A DNA stretch of 64,000 nt from Thermodesulfobacteriota bacterium. GTDB taxonomy: Bacteria; Desulfobacterota_D; UBA1144; Nemesobacterales; UBA2774. This document shows, one piece after another, positions 12,056 to 21,699 of the stretch. Location of the stretch: assembly GCA_963422265.1 (NCBI GenBank), contig OY729416.1:352001-416000 (forward strand), written 5' to 3'. Under the pieces are notes generated by a model, which was given only the letters and a program-made list of their open reading frames with translations, did no database searches and was not told where the DNA came from. Each line of letters begins with the position of its first letter. Positions within the stretch are counted from its first letter, which is position 1. Position numbers and translations under genes: made by a program.

Positions 12056-12199
12056 AGGAGATGGCTTGTTAGGATAACGCGTTAGGAATTCCTAAACGGT
12101 ATTAACACCACGGTATTGTATGTTACAATATCACCTATTATAAAATTATACGCTGAAATTGTTTCAGTAGACTTTGTCTCCTAAGCAAGCAAATGTCTT

Positions 12200-15178
12200 A
12201 TGAATTTTGGTCCTGTCCCTAACTTCTATCGGCAAACAATCAGTCCAATGTGTGCTAGAGGTGCTAATGTCACGGGGCTAGGCTTCATGCTGTCCGCTTT
12301 TTTGATAGTATGTTGTGGTATGATGCTACCTTCTTGCAGTAAACACGTCCTTAGTCCAAGCTGGGGAGAGGAGAAAAAAAGTATGAGTAATAGAAACGCT
12401 TCCCCTGCTTCTGCTGGGGGCGGGTTCTCAGCTCAGATTGAGGGAGAGATGCCTGTTCTAACTACTCCACGAGGGGACAACTTGGAGAGTGGTATGAAAA
12501 AAGAAGCATGTTATGAGAGAAACCGAGAAAACTGTATAGAAAAGTATAGACTTGATAACGGGCTTACAGTAATACTCGAGGAGAACCATTCCTCTCCTGT
12601 GGTAGCCGTAAACGTCTGGGTGAAAACTGGGAGCGCGTGTGAGAATGAAGGAGAATATGGACTTGCTCACGTGCACGAACACATGCTATTTAAGGGCACT
12701 ACAAAGAGAGATGTAGGTGAGATCGCAAAGGTGATAGAAAGTAGCGGTGGGGACATTAACGCCTTTACCTCTTTTGATGAGACCGTTTACTACGTCGTGA
12801 TAGCAAGCAGGTTCCTAGACACTGCCCTTGACGTGCTTGCAGATGCTATCCAGAATTCTACGTTCAATCCTCAAGAGCTTAAGAAAGAGCTGGAAGTAGT
12901 GCTCGAAGAGATAAGAAGGGGCAAAGACTCACCCGGCAGGAACCTAAGTGAAAAGATGTTCCGGGTGGCTTTCGAGAAGCACCCTTATGGAAGGAGCGTT
13001 ATAGGAAGCGTTGATAGCGTAAGGAGTTTTTCCCGTCAAAGCGTCACGGATTTTTATAAGAAATGGTATTCTCCGAACAACATAGTTCTCATAGTTGTAG
13101 GGGACTTTAACGCTGAGAAGATCAAGCCTAAAATAGATGAGCTTTACGGAGGATTCCCGTCAAAAAAGCTCCCCGAGTGCGTGATTGAGAACGAACCGGA
13201 ACAGAGGGAGATGAGGGCTTTTATAATTGATAAACCCATTCAGGAGTGTTATTTCTCAATAGCTTACCATATTCCAAACGCCACAGGTGAAGATACTCCG
13301 GCACTTGACGTTCTTTCCTATGTGCTAGGAGGCAGCGAGAGTTCAAGATTATATAGAAATATTAAGGAAGAAAAAGGGCTTGTAAATAGCATTTACGCTT
13401 ATAGCTATACGCCTAAGCATGAAGGGATTTTTGTCATAGGAGGGACGGTAGATACTGACAAGGCTAAAGAAGCTCTGGCTGAGATTATAAAAGAGATTAG
13501 CCGCTTTAAGTATGAACCAGTAGATAACGATGAGCTTTCCCGAGTAAAGGTCAATATAGAAACCGACGCTATTTATACTAAACAGACTATGCAGGGTCAG
13601 GCGCAGAAGCTTGGTTTTTACGAGGTTAAGACCGGCGATTTCAGATATGAGGATGAATATTTGGACAGGGTCAATAGGACGAGCAGAGATGACGTGATTC
13701 TAGTTGCCAGAAAGTATTTTAACGATGACAATCTCACTGCAGGCTTCCTTTTCCCATCCACTCAAATTACTATGACCGAAGATGAGATCAAGACTGTTGC
13801 AAAGGCTTCCGCTAAGGAGGTGGAAATCGCCCATCGGACGACGAAAGAGCGTAAGACGGAAAAACTCGTGGAAAAAGATCTTATGGACGAGACAATTCTC
13901 TACCCGGATACGTTAAGTGGAGAAAGCGCGGGGGATTATGCTAGAAAGCACGTGCTTGATAATGGGATAACGGTTCTGATTAAGAAGAACAGTTCGGTCC
14001 CTCTGTTTGCGGCGAGGGCTGCATTTTTAGGTGGGGTGAGATATGAGACTGTATCTACTAATGGGTTATCAAATTTCGTGTCTGAAATGCTGACAAGAGG
14101 CACGAAAAAAAGGAGTACAGAGGAGATAGCGCGCCAGATAGAATCTTTAGCGGGTGAGGTAGAGGGTTTTTCAGGCAGGAATAGCTTCGGAGTGACCGTT
14201 GAGTCCCTAAGCAAAAACTTTGACGAAGCATTTGAAATATTCGCCGACGTGTTGCTCAATCCATCGTTTGACGAAGATGAGATAAAGCGCGCTAGAAGGG
14301 AAATTTTGGCTGAAATAAACAGGCAGGGCGATAATCTCCCTAGCACCACCGTAAACCTTTTTTTGCGCGCTTTGTTCAGTAAACATCCTTATGGATTAAA
14401 CCCGCTCGGCAGTATAGAGACAGTAAGCAAGTTTAATGAAAATGACTTGAAAATATTTTATCAAAGCCATGCGCGACCTGAAGACATGGTTATTTCAGTC
14501 GTTGGAGACGTTGATGAAGATTATATGTTGGATGCGGTTAAAAAACAGTTTGGAAGTTTCAAAAGGGTGGATAAACCTGCCCCAAAACTTAATCCAGAGG
14601 TGCCTCCTTCCAAAATTACAAAAAGGGTAGAGAACAAAAAGGACAAAGCGCAGACGCATATAGTAATGGGATTCCTCGCCCCCTCACTTAGGGATGATGA
14701 CTACTATGTTTTTGAATTGCTCAACACCGTCTTGTCAGGGCAGGGTGGGAGACTTTTTCTTGAACTAAGGGATCGTAAAAGCCTCGCTTACACCGTAACT
14801 TCGTTTTATACGCCTGGGCTTGAGCCTGGATTCTTCGGTTTGTATATTGGGACTGCTCCCCATAAGGAGCAAGAGGCGACCTTAGGAATGAAGGAACAGT
14901 TGGCGTCCTTGCTAAAACAAGGAATAACCGATGATGAGTTAAAAAGAGCTCAGAATTATTTGGTGGGAGACTTTGAAATTGGCCTCCAGCGAAATTCTTC
15001 TCAGGCGGCTAAAATTGGCTTTGATGAGTTATACGGCTTAGGATGGGAGGAATATAAGAAATATCCTGAAAAGATATATGCCGTTACCAAAGAAGACGTG
15101 TTAAGAGCAGCGAGGAAGTATATCAATCTCGACACTTATACGCTTGCAATAGTAAAACCCGAAAGCTTGTCTCAATAA
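12200..15178 (+). CDS. M16 family (pitrilysin/PqqL-like) zinc peptidase with two M16 modules
   Basis: HVHEHMLFKGT (HxxEH), NAFTSFDET; second module lacks HxxEH; possible lipobox LPSC; start uncertain. Confidence 0.92.
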   Translation: MNFGPVPNFYRQTISPMCARGANVTGLGFMLSAFLIVCCGMMLPSCSKHVLSPSWGEEKKSMSNRNASPASAGGGFSAQIEGEMPVLTTPRGDNLESGMKKEACYERNRENCIEKYRLDNGLTVILEENHSSPVVAVNVWVKTGSACENEGEYGLAHVHEHMLFKGTTKRDVGEIAKVIESSGGDINAFTSFDETVYYVVIASRFLDTALDVLADAIQNSTFNPQELKKELEVVLEEIRRGKDSPGRNLSEKMFRVAFEKHPYGRSVIGSVDSVRSFSRQSVTDFYKKWYSPNNIVLIVVGDFNAEKIKPKIDELYGGFPSKKLPECVIENEPEQREMRAFIIDKPIQECYFSIAYHIPNATGEDTPALDVLSYVLGGSESSRLYRNIKEEKGLVNSIYAYSYTPKHEGIFVIGGTVDTDKAKEALAEIIKEISRFKYEPVDNDELSRVKVNIETDAIYTKQTMQGQAQKLGFYEVKTGDFRYEDEYLDRVNRTSRDDVILVARKYFNDDNLTAGFLFPSTQITMTEDEIKTVAKASAKEVEIAHRTTKERKTEKLVEKDLMDETILYPDTLSGESAGDYARKHVLDNGITVLIKKNSSVPLFAARAAFLGGVRYETVSTNGLSNFVSEMLTRGTKKRSTEEIARQIESLAGEVEGFSGRNSFGVTVESLSKNFDEAFEIFADVLLNPSFDEDEIKRARREILAEINRQGDNLPSTTVNLFLRALFSKHPYGLNPLGSIETVSKFNENDLKIFYQSHARPEDMVISVVGDVDEDYMLDAVKKQFGSFKRVDKPAPKLNPEVPPSKITKRVENKKDKAQTHIVMGFLAPSLRDDDYYVFELLNTVLSGQGGRLFLELRDRKSLAYTVTSFYTPGLEPGFFGLYIGTAPHKEQEATLGMKEQLASLLKQGITDDELKRAQNYLVGDFEIGLQRNSSQAAKIGFDELYGLGWEEYKKYPEKIYAVTKEDVLRAARKYINLDTYTLAIVKPESLSQ

Positions 15179-15233
15179 AAGTATATACTCGTGAAAACGG
15201 GTAAGGGCAAGAGGTTTGGTTCTCTCGGTATTA

Positions 15234-16088
15234 TCACCAACGCTTCCCATAAAGCTTTTCGGCATTATTCCAAAATATATCTTCCTTTAACTTTTCCGAT
15301 ATATCGGCGCCTTCTATTTTCCAGTATTCCGAGGCGAAATCGCTCCAGGGAATGTCCGAACCAAAAAGGAACCTGTCGCCTCCTATTCCTCTTTCCTCAA
15401 TTTCCTTGAGCAACCAGGTTGAACCAAACCCGACTGCCCACGACGAGTCGGTATAGACTTGATAGCCCTCTTGAACCAAGTCAAAGAATTTAGGCACGAA
15501 TTTTATATGGCCGCTAACCCCGCCACCCATGTGAACGACGTGTATTTTAACCTGTTTTCCGTATTCCTTAATTAGAGCCAGAGCGTTGTCAATATCAGAG
15601 CCCCCGCCTGGGCTTGTATGTATATGTAGAGGCATATCGTTATTGGCTGCTGTATCCAGAATCTTCTTCCATAGCTTAGAAGACTCATCATCCCACTGAG
15701 CAGGGTCAAAGGTGCCTCCGAGAAGACAAGTAGTTTTTAATCCAACTAAGCCTTTTTCACCAACCAACTTTAGCGCCTCTTCTGTGCGCTCCTTATCTTT
15801 AGGTAGTGCTGAAACCCAGATTAACCCTAGAAGGCGATCGGTGGATTGAACACTTTCCCCAACTAACGGATTCAACGTAAATGGTTGAGCAGAATCGGGG
15901 TAGCCGTAATTAGACATGATTAACGCGCGTTCTACTCCGTGATCATCCATTCCCTTAACGTAGTCGTCAGTTTTGTCGTAGTCTGTTGTAGGTTTGACCG
16001 CTTGAGGAAGACCATAATACGCAAAACCGGGCACGGGACCTATGTGGCTGTGATTGTCAAAAACCTTCTTTCTTTTTACAGTATTCAT
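15234..16088 (-). CDS. Amidohydrolase-2 family metal-dependent hydrolase
   Basis: DNHSH, LHIHT, VHMGG, LFGSDIP TIM-barrel motifs; SD aggagg. Confidence 0.85.
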   Translation of the reverse strand: MNTVKRKKVFDNHSHIGPVPGFAYYGLPQAVKPTTDYDKTDDYVKGMDDHGVERALIMSNYGYPDSAQPFTLNPLVGESVQSTDRLLGLIWVSALPKDKERTEEALKLVGEKGLVGLKTTCLLGGTFDPAQWDDESSKLWKKILDTAANNDMPLHIHTSPGGGSDIDNALALIKEYGKQVKIHVVHMGGGVSGHIKFVPKFFDLVQEGYQVYTDSSWAVGFGSTWLLKEIEERGIGGDRFLFGSDIPWSDFASEYWKIEGADISEKLKEDIFWNNAEKLYGKRW

Positions 16089-16111
16089 CTGATGATCCTC
16101 CTTTGGTTTTT

Positions 16112-16489
16112 TTAATGCGTCCCGATAGTTTCTCCAACTCGTTTACGCATAGATTTTTCAATAGATGTAGCTGTTTCTCCTTCATCAAGGCGCGCAGCCA
16201 CTTCCTTAAAGTCATCTCCATATCCCCCACGCGACTTTTGGCTAGCTTTTTTCATAACGTTCGCTAGGGACTTTGAATCTTCTAGACCTGGGCTATTTTT
16301 TGATGCCTCAGGAGTTTGTGAGGCAACTTTCCTGTGCATAACGGACACGTTGGAGAACACTCTCTCAAGTCTATCTCTACTACCGCATTCAGGGCAACTC
16401 GATTGTAGCTCGTTTGCTTCTGAAAGGCTAAAAAAGAATATCTCAACGTCTTTATTACACTCTAAACAGTGGTATTCATATATAGGCAT
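16112..16489 (-). CDS. FmdB-family zinc-ribbon protein
   Basis: MPIYEYHCLEC...CPECGS signature. Confidence 0.88.
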   Translation of the reverse strand: MPIYEYHCLECNKDVEIFFFSLSEANELQSSCPECGSRDRLERVFSNVSVMHRKVASQTPEASKNSPGLEDSKSLANVMKKASQKSRGGYGDDFKEVAARLDEGETATSIEKSMRKRVGETIGTH

Positions 16490-16519
16490 TTAGTTTTTCT
16501 TATAGTTTATATTTTTATA

Positions 16520-16548
16520 ATTGTAGGAAATATTATCTTTATAGTCAA
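16520..16548 (-). promoter_or_regulatory. Sigma70-type promoter TTGACT-N17-TACAAT for fmdB-amidohydrolase
   Basis: Both hexamers 5/6 to consensus with 17-bp spacer. Confidence 0.65.
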
Positions 16549-16709
16549 CCGTTAGTTTTGGGGCTTATATATTTCATAGCCAAATCTGCCCCCGCGTCAA
16601 CTTCTTATAAATATAAACTATCCTATACATGAACTTGATTGGGGGATGGGGAAACGATTTCTCCCTATACGTCAAATCTATATGAGTCCCTTGGTTTAAT
16701 TTACTAAAG

Positions 16710-16738
16710 TTGACAATCTATTCAATATAGTGAATATT
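16710..16738 (+). promoter_or_regulatory. Promoter TTGACA-N17-AATATT overlapped by palindrome TATTCAATATAGTGAATA (16719-16736)
   Basis: Perfect -35, 4/6 -10; 18-bp palindrome with one mismatched pair. Confidence 0.55.
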
Positions 16739-16744
16739 TTGTAA

Positions 16745-17209
16745 GTGATACCCATGGAAAAGTTTGTATTCAAAATAGTGGAGAATAAAAAGGATCTTGA
16801 AGCGTATTTTAAGTTGCGTCACAACGTATTTGTTAAGGAACAAGCGATTTTTGATGAAACCGACTTAGATGAATGCGATACAGAGCCTTTTCACAAAGCC
16901 GTGCACGTTGTAGCTTTGAAAGAGTCGGATGGTCAGATAGTGGGTGCCGTCAGGTGTTACAGGAAGGAAGGTACTACTTGGTTCGGGGGTCGCCTTAGCG
17001 CATCAAAAGGTTATCGGAATGGTAGGGTGGGAGTGGGGCTTATTAAGTTTGCGGTAAGCATAATGAAAAAAGAGAATTGCTCAAAATTTCTCGCTTACGT
17101 GCAGCCTCAAAACGTAAAGTTTTTCGTAAGATTAGGTTGGAAATCGATAGGAGAGCCCGAGATATATCACGGACTTTCTCATCAGCTTATGGAAGCCTGT
17201 TTAGATTAA
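16745..17209 (+). CDS. GNAT acetyltransferase, MSMEG_0567/Sll0786 (NitE-like) family
   Basis: LRHxVFVxEQxIF, GAVRC, WFGGRL, FLAxVQxQNVxFFxRLGW, HQLMxA. Confidence 0.85.
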   Translation: MIPMEKFVFKIVENKKDLEAYFKLRHNVFVKEQAIFDETDLDECDTEPFHKAVHVVALKESDGQIVGAVRCYRKEGTTWFGGRLSASKGYRNGRVGVGLIKFAVSIMKKENCSKFLAYVQPQNVKFFVRLGWKSIGEPEIYHGLSHQLMEACLD

Positions 17210-17223
17210 CCTAAAGGGTAGTA

Positions 17224-18186
17224 ATGAAGCAATTAATTAAGAGTCTGAAAAAATCTGATAGCTTAGTCCAGAAAGAAACTATTCAAAAAATCTGGAGCTA
17301 TTTCCCTCAAATCTCCGATATAGACGGAGGAGAAGTTCTTCTAGGGGATGATGCCGCCGCTATAGAATTTGGAAACAGTTACTTACTAATTGCAGGAGAG
17401 GGGGTTTATCCACCACTTCTAAAGTTGTCTCCCTACCTTGCGGGGCGTGTTTCGGTTCTTACAAACGTGAACGATATATATGCGATGGGTGGACGGCCTA
17501 TGGCTATTGTTGACGTGCTTATTTCCGATTGTGATGAAAACATGAAAGACGTTCTTAGCGGTATAAAGGAAAATGCAGCCCGCTACAGGGTGCCTGTAGT
17601 AGGGGGGCACGTATCGCAGGATTCTGGATGTTCCTCTCTTTCAGTTTTTATAATAGGTAAAGCTGAAAAGATACTATCAAGCTTTAACGCTCAAAAAGGG
17701 GATGACTTAGTTTTTGTATTTAATCCTAACGGCAAGTTTGTTTCTGGATTTAACTTCTGGGATTCCTCCAGCACCCTCGAAAGCAGCAAAGCGATTAAGG
17801 ATTTAGAGTTAATTGCGGAAGCTGCAGAGGAAGGCTTAGCAGACGCCGCTAAAGACGTAAGTATGAGTGGATTGATAGGCTCCCTCTTGATGATTCTTGA
17901 GAGCTCTCAAGTAGGAGCGGAAATCAACGTTGATACTATTTTGCGACCTTGCAACGTTCCGTTAGCCAAGTGGTTAGTAACGTTTCCTAGCTTTGGTTTC
18001 ATTTTCTCATTAAGACCCGAAAAGACATCGGTGTTTAAGGATAAGTTCAGCGCTTCATCTCTGAGTTGTGAGAGTATTGGAAGGGTCGTAAAGGAGAAGA
18101 GGGTTTATTTTATTAAGGGTGAAAGGGAAAAGGAGCTTTTTTGGAATATCGAGGAGACACCATTTATTGGGGTTAACCTGAGGTAG
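17224..18186 (+). CDS. AIR-synthase/SelD/HypE-fold protein, Sll0787 (NitF-like) family
   Basis: GDDAAAI, NVNDIYAMGGRP, VPVVGGH, AKDVSMSGLIG, WLxTFPSFGF. Confidence 0.87.
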   Translation: MKQLIKSLKKSDSLVQKETIQKIWSYFPQISDIDGGEVLLGDDAAAIEFGNSYLLIAGEGVYPPLLKLSPYLAGRVSVLTNVNDIYAMGGRPMAIVDVLISDCDENMKDVLSGIKENAARYRVPVVGGHVSQDSGCSSLSVFIIGKAEKILSSFNAQKGDDLVFVFNPNGKFVSGFNFWDSSSTLESSKAIKDLELIAEAAEEGLADAAKDVSMSGLIGSLLMILESSQVGAEINVDTILRPCNVPLAKWLVTFPSFGFIFSLRPEKTSVFKDKFSASSLSCESIGRVVKEKRVYFIKGEREKELFWNIEETPFIGVNLR

Positions 18187-18193
18187 GATAAGG

Positions 18194-18778
18194 ATGGAGA
18201 AGGAAGCCAATCAAATTGATCATATCGTTTCTAAACTCGGAGAAAAGATAAAGCTACTCCGTATTGAAAAGAGTTTATCTCTAAGGGATTTGTCTAGTAA
18301 ATCTGGAATCTCTGCTGCGGCTATACACAAGTTGGAGTCAAATGGTATGACTCCAACTATTACTACTATGATGAAAATAGCCGATGCGCTAGAAAGAAAC
18401 GTCAGTTATTTCATAGAGGAAGAAGGGAACAAGGACGTTGTATTTATTCCTGTGACTAAGCGAGAACCTATTCTGACTTTTAAGAAAGGGCTAGACTTAA
18501 AAGGTATTTCAGCGAAACAATACGGTGATTTTATTATGACGGCGGCTTACGCAACGGTAGAAGTAGGAGCGTCTAGCGGACGGACGCCGATGCAGCACCG
18601 AGGTGAGGAGTTGATCTATTGTCTTAGGGGCAAGATAGAGTTCAGTGTGCAGGATGAGGTCTATGTTTTAGATCCGGGGGACAGTATAAATTTCAGGACA
18701 AACTTAAAGCATAGGTGGAAAAATATCGGGGATAGGCAAGCAAAGTTAATATGGGTACTCGCAGTTCCGCCTTCGTGA
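18194..18778 (+). CDS. XRE HTH + cupin transcriptional regulator (PuuR/SutR-like)
   Basis: N-terminal HTH (LSLRDLS..SGIS..I.KLE); cupin HxGEE...GDS...HRW. Confidence 0.92.
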   Translation: MEKEANQIDHIVSKLGEKIKLLRIEKSLSLRDLSSKSGISAAAIHKLESNGMTPTITTMMKIADALERNVSYFIEEEGNKDVVFIPVTKREPILTFKKGLDLKGISAKQYGDFIMTAAYATVEVGASSGRTPMQHRGEELIYCLRGKIEFSVQDEVYVLDPGDSINFRTNLKHRWKNIGDRQAKLIWVLAVPPS

Positions 18779-18816
18779 GCGGCGTGTGAGCGAATGAAAG
18801 GGAGAATGCTCTAGAA

Positions 18817-20097
18817 TTGAACAAATCGAAACAAGAGTACATGGCAGACCTAATTAGAGACGCAAACGCACTCGCTATGAAGAATATATTATCTGCCGAG
18901 CCTGTGGTTGCAGATGTAGATACTGCACTTAACGTAATACCGGGAATGGATAGCAACGTGATACTTCATTCGGGACCGCCTATCAGTTGGCAGAGAATGT
19001 GTGACCCGATGAAAAGAGCAGTTAGGGGGGCTTTAATGTTTGAGGGGCTTGCGAGAGACGATCTTGAAGCGGAAAGGCTTATGAGATCAAATAAAATAAA
19101 GCTCTCTCCCAACCACCACTGTAATTCTGTTGGTCCCATGACGGGAGTCGTATCGGCTTCTATGCCCGTTATTATTACAAAGGACTTAACTCATGGGAAC
19201 AAGGCTTATTCTACGTTTAACGAAGGTGGAGGAAGGGCGTTGTGGTTTGGTGCTGTCGAAAAAGAGACAATAGAGAGACTTAGGTTTATCAGGGACGTCT
19301 TCGGTCCCGTCATGCAAAGGGTAATTAAGAAAATAGGGGATATACCTATATGGGGCATATTAGCACAGGGGATTCAGATGGGAGATGAATGTCACAATAG
19401 GCATACTGCATCTACCAACATATTTGTAAAAAGTATTATAGAGCCTCTTTTTTCTTTGAAAATCTCAACGGCTCGTGCTCTTCAAGTTTACAGGTTCATT
19501 GCAGGAAACAGCCATTTTTTTCTCAATATAACTATGACTGGATGCAAGCTCGCAATGGACTCGGCAAAAAATATACCTAATTCAACAATTGTAACGACGA
19601 TGTCACGAAATGGCACTGATTTTGGGATTAGGGTCAGTGGTCTTGGGGACAAGTGGTTTACTTATAGCGCCCCTTATTTACGTGACGCGCTCTACAATCC
19701 GGGCTACGACTATGAAGACGGCGCTCCAGATATAGGTGATAGCTCAATAATTGAGACAATGGGTCTTGGGGGATTCGTAATTGCTGCCGCACCTTCAATG
19801 GCTTCTTTTGCTGGAGGCGGATTTCAGGAAGCGGTTAATATAACAAGAGAAATGAGCCAGATAACGTCTTCTAAGAACCCTAAGTTTGGTATTACGTCAT
19901 TAAACTTTGACGGCGCTCCGACTGGCATAGACATTCGTAAAGTTGTTGAAACTGGGATATTGCCAAGTATAAATAGCGCCGTTGTTCATAAAAGCTCCGG
20001 GTCAGGGCAAATAGGTGCGGGGATAGTTCATGCTCCTTATGAGTGTTTTGTGAAAGCAGTTAAGGCATTTGGCGATAAATATAATCTGCACGCATGA
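18817..20097 (+). CDS. DUF1116 protein (YlbE/AllG/YahG family)
   Basis: LHSGPP, VGPMTG, MGDECHNR, MSRNG, DIGDSSIxE, D.RKVVETGI.P.IN, GQIGAG. Confidence 0.9.
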   Translation: MNKSKQEYMADLIRDANALAMKNILSAEPVVADVDTALNVIPGMDSNVILHSGPPISWQRMCDPMKRAVRGALMFEGLARDDLEAERLMRSNKIKLSPNHHCNSVGPMTGVVSASMPVIITKDLTHGNKAYSTFNEGGGRALWFGAVEKETIERLRFIRDVFGPVMQRVIKKIGDIPIWGILAQGIQMGDECHNRHTASTNIFVKSIIEPLFSLKISTARALQVYRFIAGNSHFFLNITMTGCKLAMDSAKNIPNSTIVTTMSRNGTDFGIRVSGLGDKWFTYSAPYLRDALYNPGYDYEDGAPDIGDSSIIETMGLGGFVIAAAPSMASFAGGGFQEAVNITREMSQITSSKNPKFGITSLNFDGAPTGIDIRKVVETGILPSINSAVVHKSSGSGQIGAGIVHAPYECFVKAVKAFGDKYNLHA

Positions 20098-20139
20098 TAA
20101 ACGTAGGATTGGTTAAATGAAACGGACGGCAAGTGACAA

Positions 20140-21699
20140 ATGACAATAGTAAATACGGTTAAAAGAAATAATTATCAGGACTCAATGAAGCTCATGCAGA
20201 TTAGTCGGGAGCTTAAATCTATGTCTGGGGTTATAAGTGCGTCCGCGATAATGGCGACCGAGGCTAATTTGGCGATGTTAAAGGAGGCGGGCTTGATTGA
20301 AAATATCCCCGAGTTAGTTACGGCTAATGATTTAATTGTAGCCATTAAAGCTCAATCCGATGAGGTTGCGAAGGAAGCTATAAGTGAATTGGACTCCCTT
20401 ATAAAGCCTACTGGTTCAACTCTCTCATCGAACTTAGAATATAAGAATTTCGGTTTGGCTTTTAACTCGCTGATTGGGGCTAACCTCACGGTTATTTCCG
20501 TGCCTGGGGAATATGCAAAACTAGAGGTTGCTAAGGCGATTGATAGTGGGCTTCATACGTTTCTGTTCAGTGATAACCTAACGGTTGAGGAAGAGATAGA
20601 GCTGAAGCAAAGAGCTAGGGATAAAGGGCTCTTGGTTATGGGCCCTGGATGTGGAACAGCATTGATAGATGGTATTGGCATAGGATTTGCCAACTTTATC
20701 AATAAAGGCCCAATTGGCGTGATTGCCGCCTCTGGGACGGGGCTTCAAGAGATCACCTGCCTTATTAATAATTTTGGATCAGGCATCACTCACGGAATTG
20801 GAGTTGGGGGAAGGGATTTATCTGAGGAAGTAGGGGGAATTATGACCTTAGAAGCAATAAGGATGCTTAAAAACGATGATAATACAGAGGCACTTGTAAT
20901 TGTTTCTAAACCCCCATCTCGCAGAGTTGCAGATATGGTTGTGTCCGCGGTTAGGGATTCGGGAATGCCGTCCGTTGTTTGCTTTTTGGGCAGCGATCTG
21001 ACTACTCAAGATGGACATATTTATTTTACTTCCAACTTGGAGGATGCAGCCCTTAGCGTAGTCGGACTAACTACAAAGACTGATATGAAGCAAAACCTAA
21101 ACTTAGATAAAGAGTTGTGGGGGCGGGCGAAGGAAATGGTAGAGTCTTTTGATTCTAAGCAGAAGTATATAAGGGGGTTATATTCGGGGGGCACGCTTTG
21201 TTATGAAGCCCAACAAATACTTACTCCAATTCTAGGAACAATATATTCAAATGCCCCACTCAATAAAAAGCACAAACTTAAAGATTCAAGATTGAGCGTG
21301 CGAAACTCCTGTATAGACCTGGGAGAAGAGGAATTCACGATAGGGCGTCCACATCCGATGATAGACGCAGGTTTGAGGGTAGAGAGACTAATAACCGAGT
21401 CGAGTAAACCAGAAGTTGCGGTCATATTATTCGACGTGGTACTAGGCTACGTGGCGAGCTCTGACCCCGCTGGTGATTTGGTATTAGCAATTAGGGATGC
21501 TAGAAGTTTGGCGAGAAAAAGAGGGAAGAACATTGCATTTGTTTCTCACGTGTGTGGCACTGAAAATGATCCGCAGTGCCTACGAGAACAAGAACAAAAG
21601 TTAAAGGAAGAAGGAGTTCTTGTATTTCCGACCAACGCTCTTGCTGCAAGAATCGCCGGGTGGATTGTAAAAAGGGGTGAGGTGGACAAGTATGAATAA
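20140..21699 (+). CDS. fdrA: FdrA/AllF/YahF family protein (succinyl-CoA-synthetase-alpha-like)
   Basis: YQDSMKLM, ISVPGEYA, FSDN, MGPGCGT, ASGTGLQE, GGRDL, GLYSGGTL, GRPHPMID. Confidence 0.9.
   Translation: MTIVNTVKRNNYQDSMKLMQISRELKSMSGVISASAIMATEANLAMLKEAGLIENIPELVTANDLIVAIKAQSDEVAKEAISELDSLIKPTGSTLSSNLEYKNFGLAFNSLIGANLTVISVPGEYAKLEVAKAIDSGLHTFLFSDNLTVEEEIELKQRARDKGLLVMGPGCGTALIDGIGIGFANFINKGPIGVIAASGTGLQEITCLINNFGSGITHGIGVGGRDLSEEVGGIMTLEAIRMLKNDDNTEALVIVSKPPSRRVADMVVSAVRDSGMPSVVCFLGSDLTTQDGHIYFTSNLEDAALSVVGLTTKTDMKQNLNLDKELWGRAKEMVESFDSKQKYIRGLYSGGTLCYEAQQILTPILGTIYSNAPLNKKHKLKDSRLSVRNSCIDLGEEEFTIGRPHPMIDAGLRVERLITESSKPEVAVILFDVVLGYVASSDPAGDLVLAIRDARSLARKRGKNIAFVSHVCGTENDPQCLREQEQKLKEEGVLVFPTNALAARIAGWIVKRGEVDKYE

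Noticed and set aside
12200-15178. M16 peptidase as a PqqF-like RiPP maturase for the neighbouring radical SAM cluster
   Set aside because: It converges on the cluster from outside, may be an exported lipoprotein, and the rSAM shows no SPASM/RRE; no convincing precursor peptide
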